Both the position numbers and the translations under genes were made by a program. A DNA stretch of 64,000 nt from Curvularia clavata (lineage: Eukaryota), in the NCBI GenBank assembly GCA_023920165.1, contig CP089274.1:5208001-5272000 (forward strand). The letters are read 5' to 3'. This document shows, one piece after another, positions 1 to 11,190 of the stretch. The notes beneath the pieces are model-generated. The model was not told the DNA's origin, made no database searches, and worked only from the letters and a program-made list of their open reading frames with translations. The stretch's first letter is position 1. Every line of letters starts with the position of its first letter.

Positions 1-123
1 GTATATCTAAAAGTCTACATATGCAGAGGTGCCATCTAGAATGACGGAAGGAAACCAACAACGGCACCTTTTGCAGCACTAGGAAACCCGCGCTAGATAG
101 CGGCCTAAACACACAAAAGGTGC

Positions 124-1737
124 TCACGCACCAGCATGTTCCTTGGTCCCAGACTGGTCCGCCTCCTGATCCGCCTTCGTCTCCATCTTCATTCTTACAA
201 ACTCCTTCTTCATGCTCTCAAACTCCTTAAATCCCTGGAAATACTTTCTACGAAAGTCATTCAGTTCGCTAGCTCTCGTGCCCTTCTCATACTCTCTTTT
301 GACAGACTCCAACGCGCCCTCTGGTATTTCCGACTCACGGCGACGCCTGTACGTGAGGAGCCGGCGTGACCATTTGTTGAACGCTTGCACGCACACCGAA
401 GTCAGCTCCAGGCCTGGATGCGAGGGTATGATGAGCTCAATGTCCTCGTCGTTGGCAGTCGGCATCCACATGCTGATGCGGCCATCTTCTACCAACGTGA
501 CAAAGGCAAAGGCGAGTATGTCGTCGAGTAGTGCAGTGAAGGAGTATGGTCGCTTTGGTGGAATGTAGCCTGGCTCCTTGAACTGGTCTTGGTGTGACTT
601 TCGCTCATTTTCCAGAAGTTCTTGACGAGATCCAAGTACTTTGAGCCCTTCGCGAATACCATAAGGTGGATCACAGACGATACCATCAAGGTAGCCTCTG
701 GGGTGCTTGGTACTGGTCGGCAAGAGCCTCAGCGGCGTATTGGTGAGATCGGAGACGAATGCGCCTAGATATCTCGACTCTATACCGTACTGTTTGAAGT
801 TGCCGACCACGTCGTACTTTCCGGTTTGCCCTCTCCTGGCACTTCCTCCTGTGCCCCGAATAGTGCGACCATCAATGTCGCTCCCAAACACTACGGCTCC
901 AAAATGAGCGCATGCAATTGGAAACCCGCCCGTACCCATGAAAGGGTCATAGAACAGCTTGCCTGGAGCCACCTGTGCGATGTTGGCCGTGACGAGCGTA
1001 AGCTCCGCATCCATGGAAGTAGTGCTGATGTAGTGTCTCTTTTTGAGATCAAATGTCTTTTTCGCCTCATTGCGGCAAGAGTCTGCTAAGAAGCGACCAA
1101 AGTACAGATACTTTGGCTTTTTGGCGTCAAGTTCGTAGTCTTCAAAGACGCGAAAGGCGACGTCAGGATCGCGCATTCGTGGTGTTCCCTTGAACGCCAT
1201 GTACGAGAAACTGTCGATGATCTCACGCTGTTCGTCGCTCGATCTTCCGCCACGATAACCTTCTATGGTGAAGCGGAAGGAGGCTGTCTCATACTGAGGC
1301 CATTTCGCAGTAGTCAAGCTGCGGACGGACTCGTGGAGAGCATCGTAATCCGTACCCTGGCCCCATAGCTCGTAGATGCCTTGTGATAGAATGCTACGGG
1401 CGATGAGTTTTCGTGCCGCAGCGTCTGATGGTAGTTCCACTATGCAATAAGGAGACTTGAAATGTCAGGACGGGAGGCCTTTTCATGCGCTGGGATATGA
1501 TTTTTTTCTTGATACCAAATCTTAAACAGAACGACAAAATCTACTACAGAAAAAAAGAAAGGCTGGACAAAAAAATTAAAGCGTAGCAAGATAGGCTGTG
1601 AGAAACAAGAGTGCACTCACATCTTCTTCGTACTTGACAAAATGCAGTACTATGCCCGCAACGTCTGCCAAGGCCTGCAGCTCAACCTTGCGAAAGCTTT
1701 CGTGTGCTTGCGCAAGCCTAACCAGATACTGAGGCAT
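124..1737 (-). CDS. TRM11: tRNA (guanine-10-N2)-methyltransferase catalytic subunit; exons 1737-1621, 1455-124
   Basis: SAM-MTase motifs YDPFMGTG, GSDIDGR, DPPYGIREG and the Trm11-type LKKRHYISTTSMDAEL; exon 1 MPQYLVRLAQAHESFRK joins in frame through a GTGAGT..CTGAC..AAG intron (1620-1456). Confidence 0.92.
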
Positions 1738-2075
1738 GGTTACTGGGGCGGTCCAGAAAAATCCGAGGCTGAAATGTCTACGTCAAGTACAATTTCTCAA
1801 TCAGGTATCGGCATGACAAAGCCGCACGATCACCGAAATGTTTGCTTTATTCTTGCCCACAGTCCCTCTCCAAATGTGGAGGAGTCACGAGCCGCGCCAG
1901 CAAATTGGGATGAGTAGGTAGCGAAAAACGAAAAAAAAAAATAGGTGGGGAGGTTCATAGTGTGCCATTGGTTCGTTTGCAGAGGCTTTAGACTACATCT
2001 GCCAGCAGGGGTAAACCTTTCACCATTCGTCTTCCTAACCGCTATCCATGCAGGGTCAAACTAGCCGACCAACTT

Positions 2076-2651
2076 CTAACAGTGAATGACATCGGTTTCC
2101 ATCTCAGCCCAGGTAATGTTGCAGACGAGCCCGCTCACTAACTCTTCTTTTGATGCAAATCCCTCTGTCCATGTCTCCCAGAATCTCAATAATTTGCCGC
2201 TCCATGCATCCCAAAGATAGTACTGCTTGTTTGCATCGCGAAGGATAAATCTGTCGTCGTTGATGGCTCTGACGACTGGGCAAAGGCCGTCGACGTTGAA
2301 GTCCTTGGCTAAATTTATGTCGAGTCTTGGGTCGAAACAATATTCGAGGTATAGTTCTTTGGGATCATTTGTCCACGACTTTCGTAGGCAATGGTGGTAT
2401 TCGCTGTTGAGTTTGACGTATGGTATGCCGTTGTGGCGCTCGGTTTCTGGTATGTCTGTATCGGTCGGGGAAGGCGGGGGCGAGGAAAAGCAGAAAATCC
2501 CTTGTAGTAGACTCAGTAGATGCCACTTGAGAATGCTAGAGCGGAGAGTTGATCTTAGCCATGGTATAGTGTGGATGATGAGATAGCTTTGCAGGAACGA
2601 ATGAGTGATCGTAGGATCGAATTCGTGCTCTGCTGGGTGGATTCGGATCAT
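2076..2651 (-). CDS. Hypothetical protein, 191 aa
   Basis: Uninterrupted ATG-started ORF with protein-like composition; no motif recognised. Confidence 0.5.
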   Translation of the reverse strand: MIRIHPAEHEFDPTITHSFLQSYLIIHTIPWLRSTLRSSILKWHLLSLLQGIFCFSSPPPSPTDTDIPETERHNGIPYVKLNSEYHHCLRKSWTNDPKELYLEYCFDPRLDINLAKDFNVDGLCPVVRAINDDRFILRDANKQYYLWDAWSGKLLRFWETWTEGFASKEELVSGLVCNITWAEMETDVIHC

Positions 2652-3729
2652 CTTATTTTCATTCTTTGGAGGTGATGGAATAAAGTAGTCTTTGTATTTG
2701 AGTTGTGTCTTTGCTAATAGCAGAGCATTTGCATGAATTTATCCTCTTTGGGCTGCAGAAAAGGCTGACGTTATGTTACCCTGTACTAAAAGCAAAGCCA
2801 TCACCAGACATTATCTGTCCAAGCATGGCGTTCCACGTAGCTATTCCCGCCACTACGCCCATAAACTAGCGTGTATTGTCATCTCGTGATACTCGAATAG
2901 CGAGAATCAGAGAACATCACAAGAGCGTACCTGTGTAAACCCTGTACCAGTTCCTGCATCTAGACGTAGTGATTTCCTTCTGAAAGACATCAGATTAGCC
3001 GTGTGATAGTCGGCGACCAATGGGTTGAACCATAAGCCATGTAGATACCATGAGGTCACTTCACTGATTTGATCGATGTGTCAGCATCGTTTGCTACATC
3101 TCATAAGAAGCATGCGTATTCTACTATAAAGCGCCCCTTTGTGATGGTGTCGCGGAGTCTGGCTCCCTCCAAAGTCTCCGTGTCAGGCTCACTGGGCAGA
3201 TGATCGCCAGTCGATGGTGCCTGATGACTTCCTAGAGAACTACCTTGGTGGAAATACCATGTCTTCCCTGATATGTCACGCTGTTTCAATTCGATTTTGA
3301 TTTATGCTCTCATTACATCAAATGGTCTATGTAAGAAGCACAACACGAGGATCGCATGTTGGATTTTACAAAGACATATCCAGTAGCTCATGGCAGTCAC
3401 GCTGCAGATCGCGCAAAGCTGAAAATGGTGCCTGGACCCCTGTCTACTAAGGCTGATTCGATCTACTTGGTCCTGACGATCATAAATATGTGGATGGACA
3501 TCACTGGCCAAAAGACATAAAAGCAAAAAAAGTTGCGTGCGGCCCCTTGCGACAAGGCATATCTCCTTCTTCGGCAGCCACACCATTGCTTTCTCCCCAG
3601 TGAGCCCTGCCTTCCAGTCTGACACAATATCATATGTCTATGTACGAAACTACCCCTTCACTTTATCTCTAAAGTACACACAAAAAATACACACTCAGAA
3701 ACAAACAAACCACAGTCCTTAAGTGACAT

Positions 3730-4527
3730 CTACTTGCCACCCTGATTAAAATTCATACTATACCCGCCACTCTTCTCATCCTTCGTAAACTGAAAGTTGT
3801 CTGTACTCAGTCCAAACGGCTTCAGTATGCCATTGCCCAGCTGCTTCAGCTTATCCATCATATCCGCCATCTCCTTGTTCTTCGTCTCTTCCAACTGCCG
3901 CGGCAGTGTCCTCAGCGCCGCTTGCACTGCTTTCAGGTCAAGGCTCGAGAGCTGATGAGGCGGTTTGGAGAGGGCTTGGTAGTCTTCGAGTGAGCCCTGG
4001 AGAGAGGCCCAACCACCGACTTCGTGACGCGCTTTTGCGCGGCGAAGGAGCGCTTTGGTACGGAGCTTGTGAACATCGTTTATGGTATGATTTGTGCGTG
4101 TGAGCGCGTCGAGGTAGATTTCGGTAGTGTCGTCGATTTCTTTGATGGCGCCGCCCGTTTCTCCTTTTGCTCCGTCTTTGCCTGTGTCTTGTGCTGCCGG
4201 GGGAGGGTCTATGCGCTCCAATGCTTCCAGGGCCTGTGTGGCGGATTCTACAGCTTGCTTCCACTCTTCTAGCTTCAAGTGGCATGCGGCTATGTTGGAA
4301 CGGAGGACAGCGACGTCGTATTCGAGGTAATTTGGGCAGACTGCAAGCGCCTTCTCATAACCTTGTATTGCGCTGTTGTATTCGCCCGATGCAAATGTCT
4401 TGTTTGCCAAAGCCTTTTCTGCGGTTGCTTCATCGAGTAGTTTCTTCTCTTCGTCTGGCGGAAAGATTTCAGGCGGTGCTAACTCAGTCGCATCGTTCTT
4501 TGAAGGAGGATCACTTTGGGATGACAT
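3730..4527 (-). CDS. TPR-repeat protein (TTC1-like)
   Basis: TPR helices (ANKTFASGEYNSAIQGYEKAL; SNIAACHLKLEEWKQAVESATQAL) and TTC1-type C-terminus KLKQLGNGILKPFGLSTDNF; first ATG at 4527. Confidence 0.85.
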   Translation of the reverse strand: MSSQSDPPSKNDATELAPPEIFPPDEEKKLLDEATAEKALANKTFASGEYNSAIQGYEKALAVCPNYLEYDVAVLRSNIAACHLKLEEWKQAVESATQALEALERIDPPPAAQDTGKDGAKGETGGAIKEIDDTTEIYLDALTRTNHTINDVHKLRTKALLRRAKARHEVGGWASLQGSLEDYQALSKPPHQLSSLDLKAVQAALRTLPRQLEETKNKEMADMMDKLKQLGNGILKPFGLSTDNFQFTKDEKSGGYSMNFNQGGK

Positions 4528-4789
4528 GCTTGGCCAAGTATTAACAATGTATCGAGTTGTCTGTTCCTGGTTGATCCGTGACACAGTACCTGTAGATCTG
4601 TTTGCAGAGTGACGTCTGTGGCCGAGTCGGGGGTCCGACTAGCGCCCCGCGTCTCGGGTCAGCGACAGAACGTGGGGTACCATCAGCCATTCATCTCGCC
4701 GCGGGTTTTGAAATTTCTCTCCGTTCAAGACCAACACAAACCTCTGCCCTTCTATAAGCCTTTCATAGATACCCCGGAAACAAATTCAA

Positions 4790-5708
4790 ATGGGCTCAAA
4801 GTACGCGACTCTAACCCAACGTATCCCGGAAACCTCAACTAACATGATGCAGCACCGCTATCCCACCACCACCGCCCATACGGGCGGCGCTGTTCGATAT
4901 GGACGGCCTATTGATCGACTCTGAAGACATCTACACCATAATCAGCAACACAATTCTCGAGCGTTATGGCCGTCCACCAATCCCTTGGTCTATCAAAGCC
5001 CAGCTCCAAGGCCGGCCCGGTCCCCAAGCCGGACTTATCTTCGACGAATGGGCCAAACTACCCATCTCAAAAGAGCAGTTCAGAGCCGAGCAAGCCGAAC
5101 TTCAAACAACCCTTTTTAAAAATACGAAGCCCCTTCCCGGTGTCGTTGACTTGCTGGCAGGCCTGAAGAGCCGGGGAATCCACGTCGCACTCGCAACAAG
5201 CAGCCACAAGGCCAACTTTGAGATTAAGAGCGCGCACTTGGGCCATTTGTTCGATAGCTTTGCGCCTGAACACCGCGTTTTGGGTGATGACCCAAGGATA
5301 GCGCCCGGCCGCGGTAAACCTGCTCCGGATATTTACCTGCTTGCGCTTTCCACATTGAATAGGACAATGGAGGAACGGGGGGAGCCTCCTATTCAGCCCG
5401 AGGAATGTCTGGTGTTTGAGGACAGTGTACCGGGTGTGGAGTCTGGCCGGAGGGCAGGCATGCAGGTGGTGTGGTGTCCGCACCCAGGGTTGCTGGCCGA
5501 GTACAAGGGCAGGGAAAAGGAGGTACTTGCAGGGTTGACAGGCGAGCACAAGGAGACAGAGGAAGAATTAGCAAAGGTTGTAGAGAAGTCTGTGGAGGGA
5601 AAGAGACTGATTGGCTTGCCTGGAGAAATCGATGATGGATGGGCGAGGTTATACAGCACCTTGGAGGACTTTCCATACGACAGCTATCAAATGGTAACTA
5701 AGACATAG
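4790..5708 (+). CDS. HAD-superfamily phosphatase (pseudouridine-5'-phosphatase/HDHD1-like); exons 4790-4800, 4853-5708
   Basis: HAD motifs LFDMDGLLIDSE, ATSS, GKPAPDIY, LVFEDSVPGV; GTACGC..CTAAC..CAG intron restores motif I in frame. Confidence 0.85.
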
Positions 5709-6023
5709 AACACGTAGATAAAAAGGAACCTTCCGAAAGTATATCATAATTCCTCGTTTCTCTTGGATCGAACTCTTTCTCGTTCGTGAGAAAAACATGA
5801 TTCGTATTTGTTCTGTCGTGTACTGCATGATTCAATCGTTATCCGCATCCGCACGCTGAAATTCCAAAGACACAGCGGCTTGTAGATGCAAAATCGTCCT
5901 TAGCCATTTTCAGACCACACTCATACTTCTCCTAAAACACTGCGTTGCCGCCGGCCCATCTTGCGCGCCACCTGAACCTAATCTTATGCGGTACAAGCCG
6001 CTGAACGCGGAAATGTTGCACGT

Positions 6024-6849
6024 TTATGCGACCTCCTCAATCTTGGGCTTGTCACTAGCGGGTTCCTTGTCCTTGCTGTCCTCGTCGTTCTCAAGCTCGG
6101 GCATATCGTCATCGTCGTCGCTGTCGTCGCCGCCGCCGGGGGCACCACCGCCCATGTTGGCCATCATCTGGCTCATGTCCATGCCCTCCATTCCTGGCAT
6201 ACCTCCGCCTGCGCCAAGCTTGCTGAAGTCGATACCGCCGAAGCCTCCATCGCCGCCCATTGGGTTCATGCCACCCATATCAAGGTCCTCAGGGTTCTCG
6301 TCTTGCTCGTCCTCATCGACCCACTGTGGCAAGTCAGTCTGATGCTCCAGCTCCCATTGTCCCTGGCCAACTCACCTTGTCGAAATCGGTCTTGAGGAAG
6401 TGCATCTTTTTTGTGTCTTTGAGCAGACGTGGCCAGTACTCCTGCTTGAGCTCCTTCTTGCGCAGTAGTAATACGATGTCGCGGCCGTTGTTAACGATCT
6501 TGGACTCCTTGGGGTCGATCTCGCCGTAGAACTCAAGGTCGACAGCGTATGTGCACTTCTTGGAAGTAGAGGTACCCTGGAAGCTAAGAGACTGCTCCTT
6601 GAGGTCGAGCTTCATGTCTGCGTTGGGTACATCGGGGGCGACGATGGTGAGGTATACCACGTTCTTCGCGGGGTCATCAACGGATGAGCGTTGCGCCCAG
6701 GTGACTATTGCATGTTAGCATGTCTTGATCCGTAATCAAGGCCTTGCGGGCGCGTCTGTGCCAGCAGCACATATTATGTACACAACAGAGTGCGTTTAGG
6801 GCGTCTATGGTAAACAAGGCTGCAACTCACCTTCTGGAGTAAGGGACAT
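6024..6849 (-). CDS. SBA1: Hsp90 co-chaperone p23 (Sba1/Wos2); exons 6849-6831, 6704-6376, 6323-6024
   Basis: PEVTWAQR, YWPRLLKD, LKTDFDKWVDEDEQ and acidic Gly/Met-rich tail; two canonical introns. Confidence 0.93.
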
Positions 6850-7533
6850 GTTGAGCGCGGTAATTGTGCGATGTCAAGATCCAATCGAGCTGTAAACTCT
6901 ACTAAAGAGTATCTCAATAAGCGTAAGCTGAGACGATTGCTGTTCAGTTGGAGTGTTCGTCTGGCGGAAGCAGATGAAGGGGGAAGAAATGCGGCCCTGT
7001 GGAGGGACTAGCGTGGAAAGCAATAGAAGCTCTATGGAATCTTGAGCTTCAACGACCCGTTTTTGGTCAATCAATTACGAAATTCAGCTGAGAGGACAGT
7101 GCAGTAGTGTATCCAAAGGCTACCCAGGTTTTCTTGCCTGTCTCCGTGCGAGTCGCGTTGGCTGGCACCGTCCGATGATGAGGCTAGTGGGTTGCTTGTG
7201 CCCCGCGGCCAGCTCAACGTCACCATGGGCCCGAGCTTGATCCAAGAGCCGGTGCAAGGCAGCCTCGGACCCTTACATACATGCACATGCGCTTGCTTGC
7301 CTACATGCTAACAACCTCATGAAACTATCAAATCTTCATGCTAAGACCTGGACTGACCTGCCGTTTTGCCAATCGCTCAACCTAGCCGTGGTCACGCGTC
7401 TCTTGGTTCCAGGGCCAGCCAACTCCCGCTCTACCCGCATCCTTTAGCGCCAGACAACTTCCACCTCAACCCAGCACAAACCTACCACTTGTAGAACCAT
7501 ACTGAGCGCGTCTGTCTTGACTGATTGTCCGCC

Positions 7534-8278
7534 ATGGAGACCATCAAGGGTCTCCTGTGGAAGCCTACGCCCGAGGAGCAGGTACGGAGCCCAACGTCTT
7601 GACACAATCTCTCTCTACACCGCAAGCTAACAAACATCATAGAAGCGCAAATGCAACGCCCTCGTGCGCCAAAATGTCCGAAAACTCGACCGCGACATCC
7701 AGCAGCTCAAGGCCACGGAACAAAAAACCAAGACCCTCATCCAACAGTCGTCCAAGCGCGCCCAACGCAACCCGGCCATGGCCAAGCAGGCCAACCAAGA
7801 TGTTCGCATCTTCGCCCGCGAGTTGATTCGTGTCCGGAAACAAAACAACCGCCTCATGACTTCCAAGGCCCAGCTTAACAGCGTACAAATGCAGGTCAAT
7901 GAGGCTTTCTCCGTCAGGAAGATCGAGGGCAGCATCAAGGCCAGCACAGGCATCATGAAGGACGTAAACAGTCTGGTCAGACTGCCAGAGCTGACGGGCA
8001 CAATGCGAGAGCTCAGCTCTGAGCTCATGAAGGCTGGCATCATTGAGGAGATGCTGGATGATACATTGGGCGAGAATGAAATGCTCGAAGGTGAAGACGA
8101 GGAGGCCGAAGAGGAGGTTGACAAGGTGCTGAGCGAGGTACTCAAAGACCGGTTACCACCGAGCAAGGCTCAGGAACAGGAGCTTCCTGCTGCACCCCAA
8201 CCAGAGGAGGAAGAGGAAGAGGACCAGGCAGAGATGTTGGCTCAGATGCGGGGCCGCCTCGAGGCGCTCAAGAGCTGA
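7534..8278 (+). CDS. VPS24: ESCRT-III subunit Vps24/CHMP3; exons 7534-7581, 7643-8278
   Basis: Snf7-family sequence (SKAQLNSVQMQVNE, ELMKAGIIEEM, C-terminal MRGRLEALKS); canonical intron. Confidence 0.92.
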
Positions 8279-8619
8279 TCTCAATCTATGTCGATTGCCT
8301 TTGGCCCTCATGTCTATAGATTCACAATGTGGTGTTACGGAGTTACGGCGCGTTTGCGAGCACCCCCCCAAAGCGACTTCGGATTTGCCTAGCCAGGACC
8401 AGGATTTTGGCGATTCACAAGAGAAGCAATTCTGGTTACAACTACATTGTTCATTGATTCATTGATCTGTTCGAGGATACGCAAAACGATATTGTCGTTC
8501 CTCGTCTAGCTACACGGTACCATTTGTAGTTCTATTGGGTGGATATCACGAAGCCTTAACATCATGACAACAATGCACTTCATCTTTTTTTTTCTCATTG
8601 CCAGTACTTCCCTGAAATG

Positions 8620-11053
8620 TCACGAATCGCCTCTGATAATCTTTGCGACAAATTTGAGTTCCCACTCTTTCGGATCTTCCCCCACGAAACGTGCGTTTGC
8701 ACGCTCATCCAGCATCTGCGTCGTCACAGCAATACCGTTGTACCATTCCCGCACCTTCTCGTCGGCATCCTCGTTCCACACTGTTAGAGCTCCGTCAAGG
8801 CCCGCCGAGGTGACCTTGGGAGGGACGCCGCGCATCTTGAGCAGCATGTTGAGGATGTCGCTGAACTTTTCGCCTTGTTGCGAGAATGTCGAAGGCGATT
8901 TGTCTAGTGGCCATCGAGGATTGCGAGGAGGCTGATTCTGAACATCCTGGGTTGGAGCGGGAGGAGAAGACGATGTGGCCGTGGTCGGTTCAAGGGCAGA
9001 CGCAAGATCGGGATGAACAGCAGGCGCCTGCTTAGAAGCATCCTCACCATTGCTGCCTTCTCCTGTTGCCGTTGCAGCGGGGACCTCCCAAGAACGGAAG
9101 AGCCAGCACATTCGCTCCACACAAGCAAGGAGTATGACAGCGACAAGGAATGTTTCAAACGGATTGGCTTGCTGTCGCTGCAGTAATCTGCGTTCAAGGT
9201 CGTTCATAACGATGCGCGCAAGGCATGCGGCACGCTTCTCTGCTGCGCCCATGAGCTGCATGGTAATGAGATTGTGGGAGGAGGTATGCTCGAGAGGCGT
9301 GATGGGCGTGCGAACCGCGTCCTCGATGTCCGCAGCAGACATGGTTGAGGGCGCGAGGGTGGGTGCGAGAGACGGGTTAGAGAACAGGTGCCACTCGAAG
9401 TTACGGGATGTCAGTATGCGAGTCAAATTCCATAGCTCTAGTGACTTGGTTATTAGTCCGTCTGGACTTAATGACGCTATGCCTTTTGCACTTTGCACTG
9501 TAGTCTTCATGAAATGTGATTCCTCGGTGTCGGCAAAGTGACTCGCCATCTTCTTAACATAGTGGTCCACTTTCCCACTGACATCGTCATCGCTGTCTAT
9601 CAACTCTAGGTCTGGTGAGTTTAGTCCGGAGAAAATGGCCGGGTCGATGTCCGCGTTCTGAACTGGTGGCATTTGTTGACATTTCAGCGGGGTGAAGGTG
9701 GCAAAAGTACCAGTTGAAGGAAAGTGACTGGCTTCTATCCGACCAGGTGTCTGGTCAAGACGTATCTGGCCTTTTGCTTGGTTAGTAGCGTGGAATGCAA
9801 GGACGCTGTGTAAGCCCGCAGTGTAGAGACCAAACTCTTCAGCTATCCGTGTCCGGATGCAGGGCTGTTTCCATAACCGTGCACTCTCCACGTTTTGACA
9901 AGTATTGCATGGGTTCTCTCCTGAACAAGGCTTTTTGAGCATACGACACCGGATGCACGCGCCTCGTTTCCGCACCTCTTGCACTTCCTTGCGCCTAGAA
10001 TCGGTGAATCTTCCTCTGACCTTGGGCTTTGCCGGCTTCTGATTCATGCTAAAGTCCGTGGTGAAGTGTGTTTGATTACCTGCATTCATAGCAAGCGGTC
10101 GCGGATGACCCATTCCTTTGTTGTGGTTATCGCCCATCTGCATATGTTCCTTGCTATGGTCTTGCAACATTGGATCCAGGGAATTGGGCTGTATGTTCGG
10201 CCAATGTGCGCGCCCTTGAGGGTGAAAGAATTTTCCATCAGCCATGTGCTGTAGATCATGCCCTGAGAGATTCATTTCCGAAGCCATTGCCAAGGCGCTC
10301 GATAGTGGCATCAATTCATTAGCCGCAGATGCTGCCATGACGAGAGAAGGAACCATGTGCGACATAGACGAGGGATTTGTGAGAGGCATGTGACCCATGT
10401 TGGGGGAGTTTGTCGGTGAGTGGTGTAGCGAGTTGTTGAACTGGTACATAGACGGCATAGCGGGCGGGTTCGACATGTCCATGCCCTGCGAGAGAGTACC
10501 CAAATCAGAACTATCCGGTCTGTCATCTTGTATCAGGAACTCATCCAACAACCCCGCATGACTCGTATTGTTATGAGTGTGTTGCGTCTGCGAAGGCTGC
10601 TTCTCTGCCATGCGCTTCCCAGACAGGTCCAAGTGTTGTCGTGAGACCTCAGCCAGCGTCTCGAGAGCTGAGAGCTGTTTCGATGGCACGAATGGGAGGT
10701 TCATCTTCTGGCCATGCTGTATTTGGCTCGGCCCCGGTGCGTTCGTATTGGCCGTTTGCGTCATGTTGTCTGGGAGGGGGAGCTCGTGCATTTGCAGCAG
10801 CGCCCGCTGCCGGTCCTGAAGAGGTAGCGCAGGACATTTCTTAACCAGGTGGTTTGTGAGACTGTCTATGCGACCTTTAGGAAACTTGGGCTCGTTAGCT
10901 ATTCTTCACTTTTACTCGCAGATCTTTTGTCGCGGGGGTACGTACCTTTTCACCGCACGATTTGCACGTATGCTGGTAGCGATTGCTGGCATCTTCGAGC
11001 TTGGGGCCGCGCTCGAAGTATTCGAGGATCAGCTGGTTGGGTCGGCGGCCCAT
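8620..11053 (-). CDS. Zn(II)2Cys6 transcription factor with N-terminal BED-like zinc finger; exons 11053-10946, 10884-8620
   Basis: Zn2Cys6 ACIRCRMLKKPCSGENPCNTC; spliced N-terminus MGRRPNQLILEYFERG..HTCKSCGEK|FPKGRIDSLTNHLVKKC via GTACGT..GCTAAC..AAG intron 10945-10885. Confidence 0.82.
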
Positions 11054-11190
11054 GATCAGCCCAAAGGTTGAGCCTTTCGACCCTGCAGTGGGTTGTGAAT
11101 GTTTTTGCCGGACTTATTGCGCGGTGAGGACCTGGGCAACTTTGGCGGTGTAAGTTCGGAGGATCTGATTGGCCGGTCACCGCTCAAGTA

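Noticed and set aside
1456..1620. Longer, T-rich TRM11 intron as a possible snoRNA host
   Set aside because: No C/D box pair or H/ACA hairpin structure recognised
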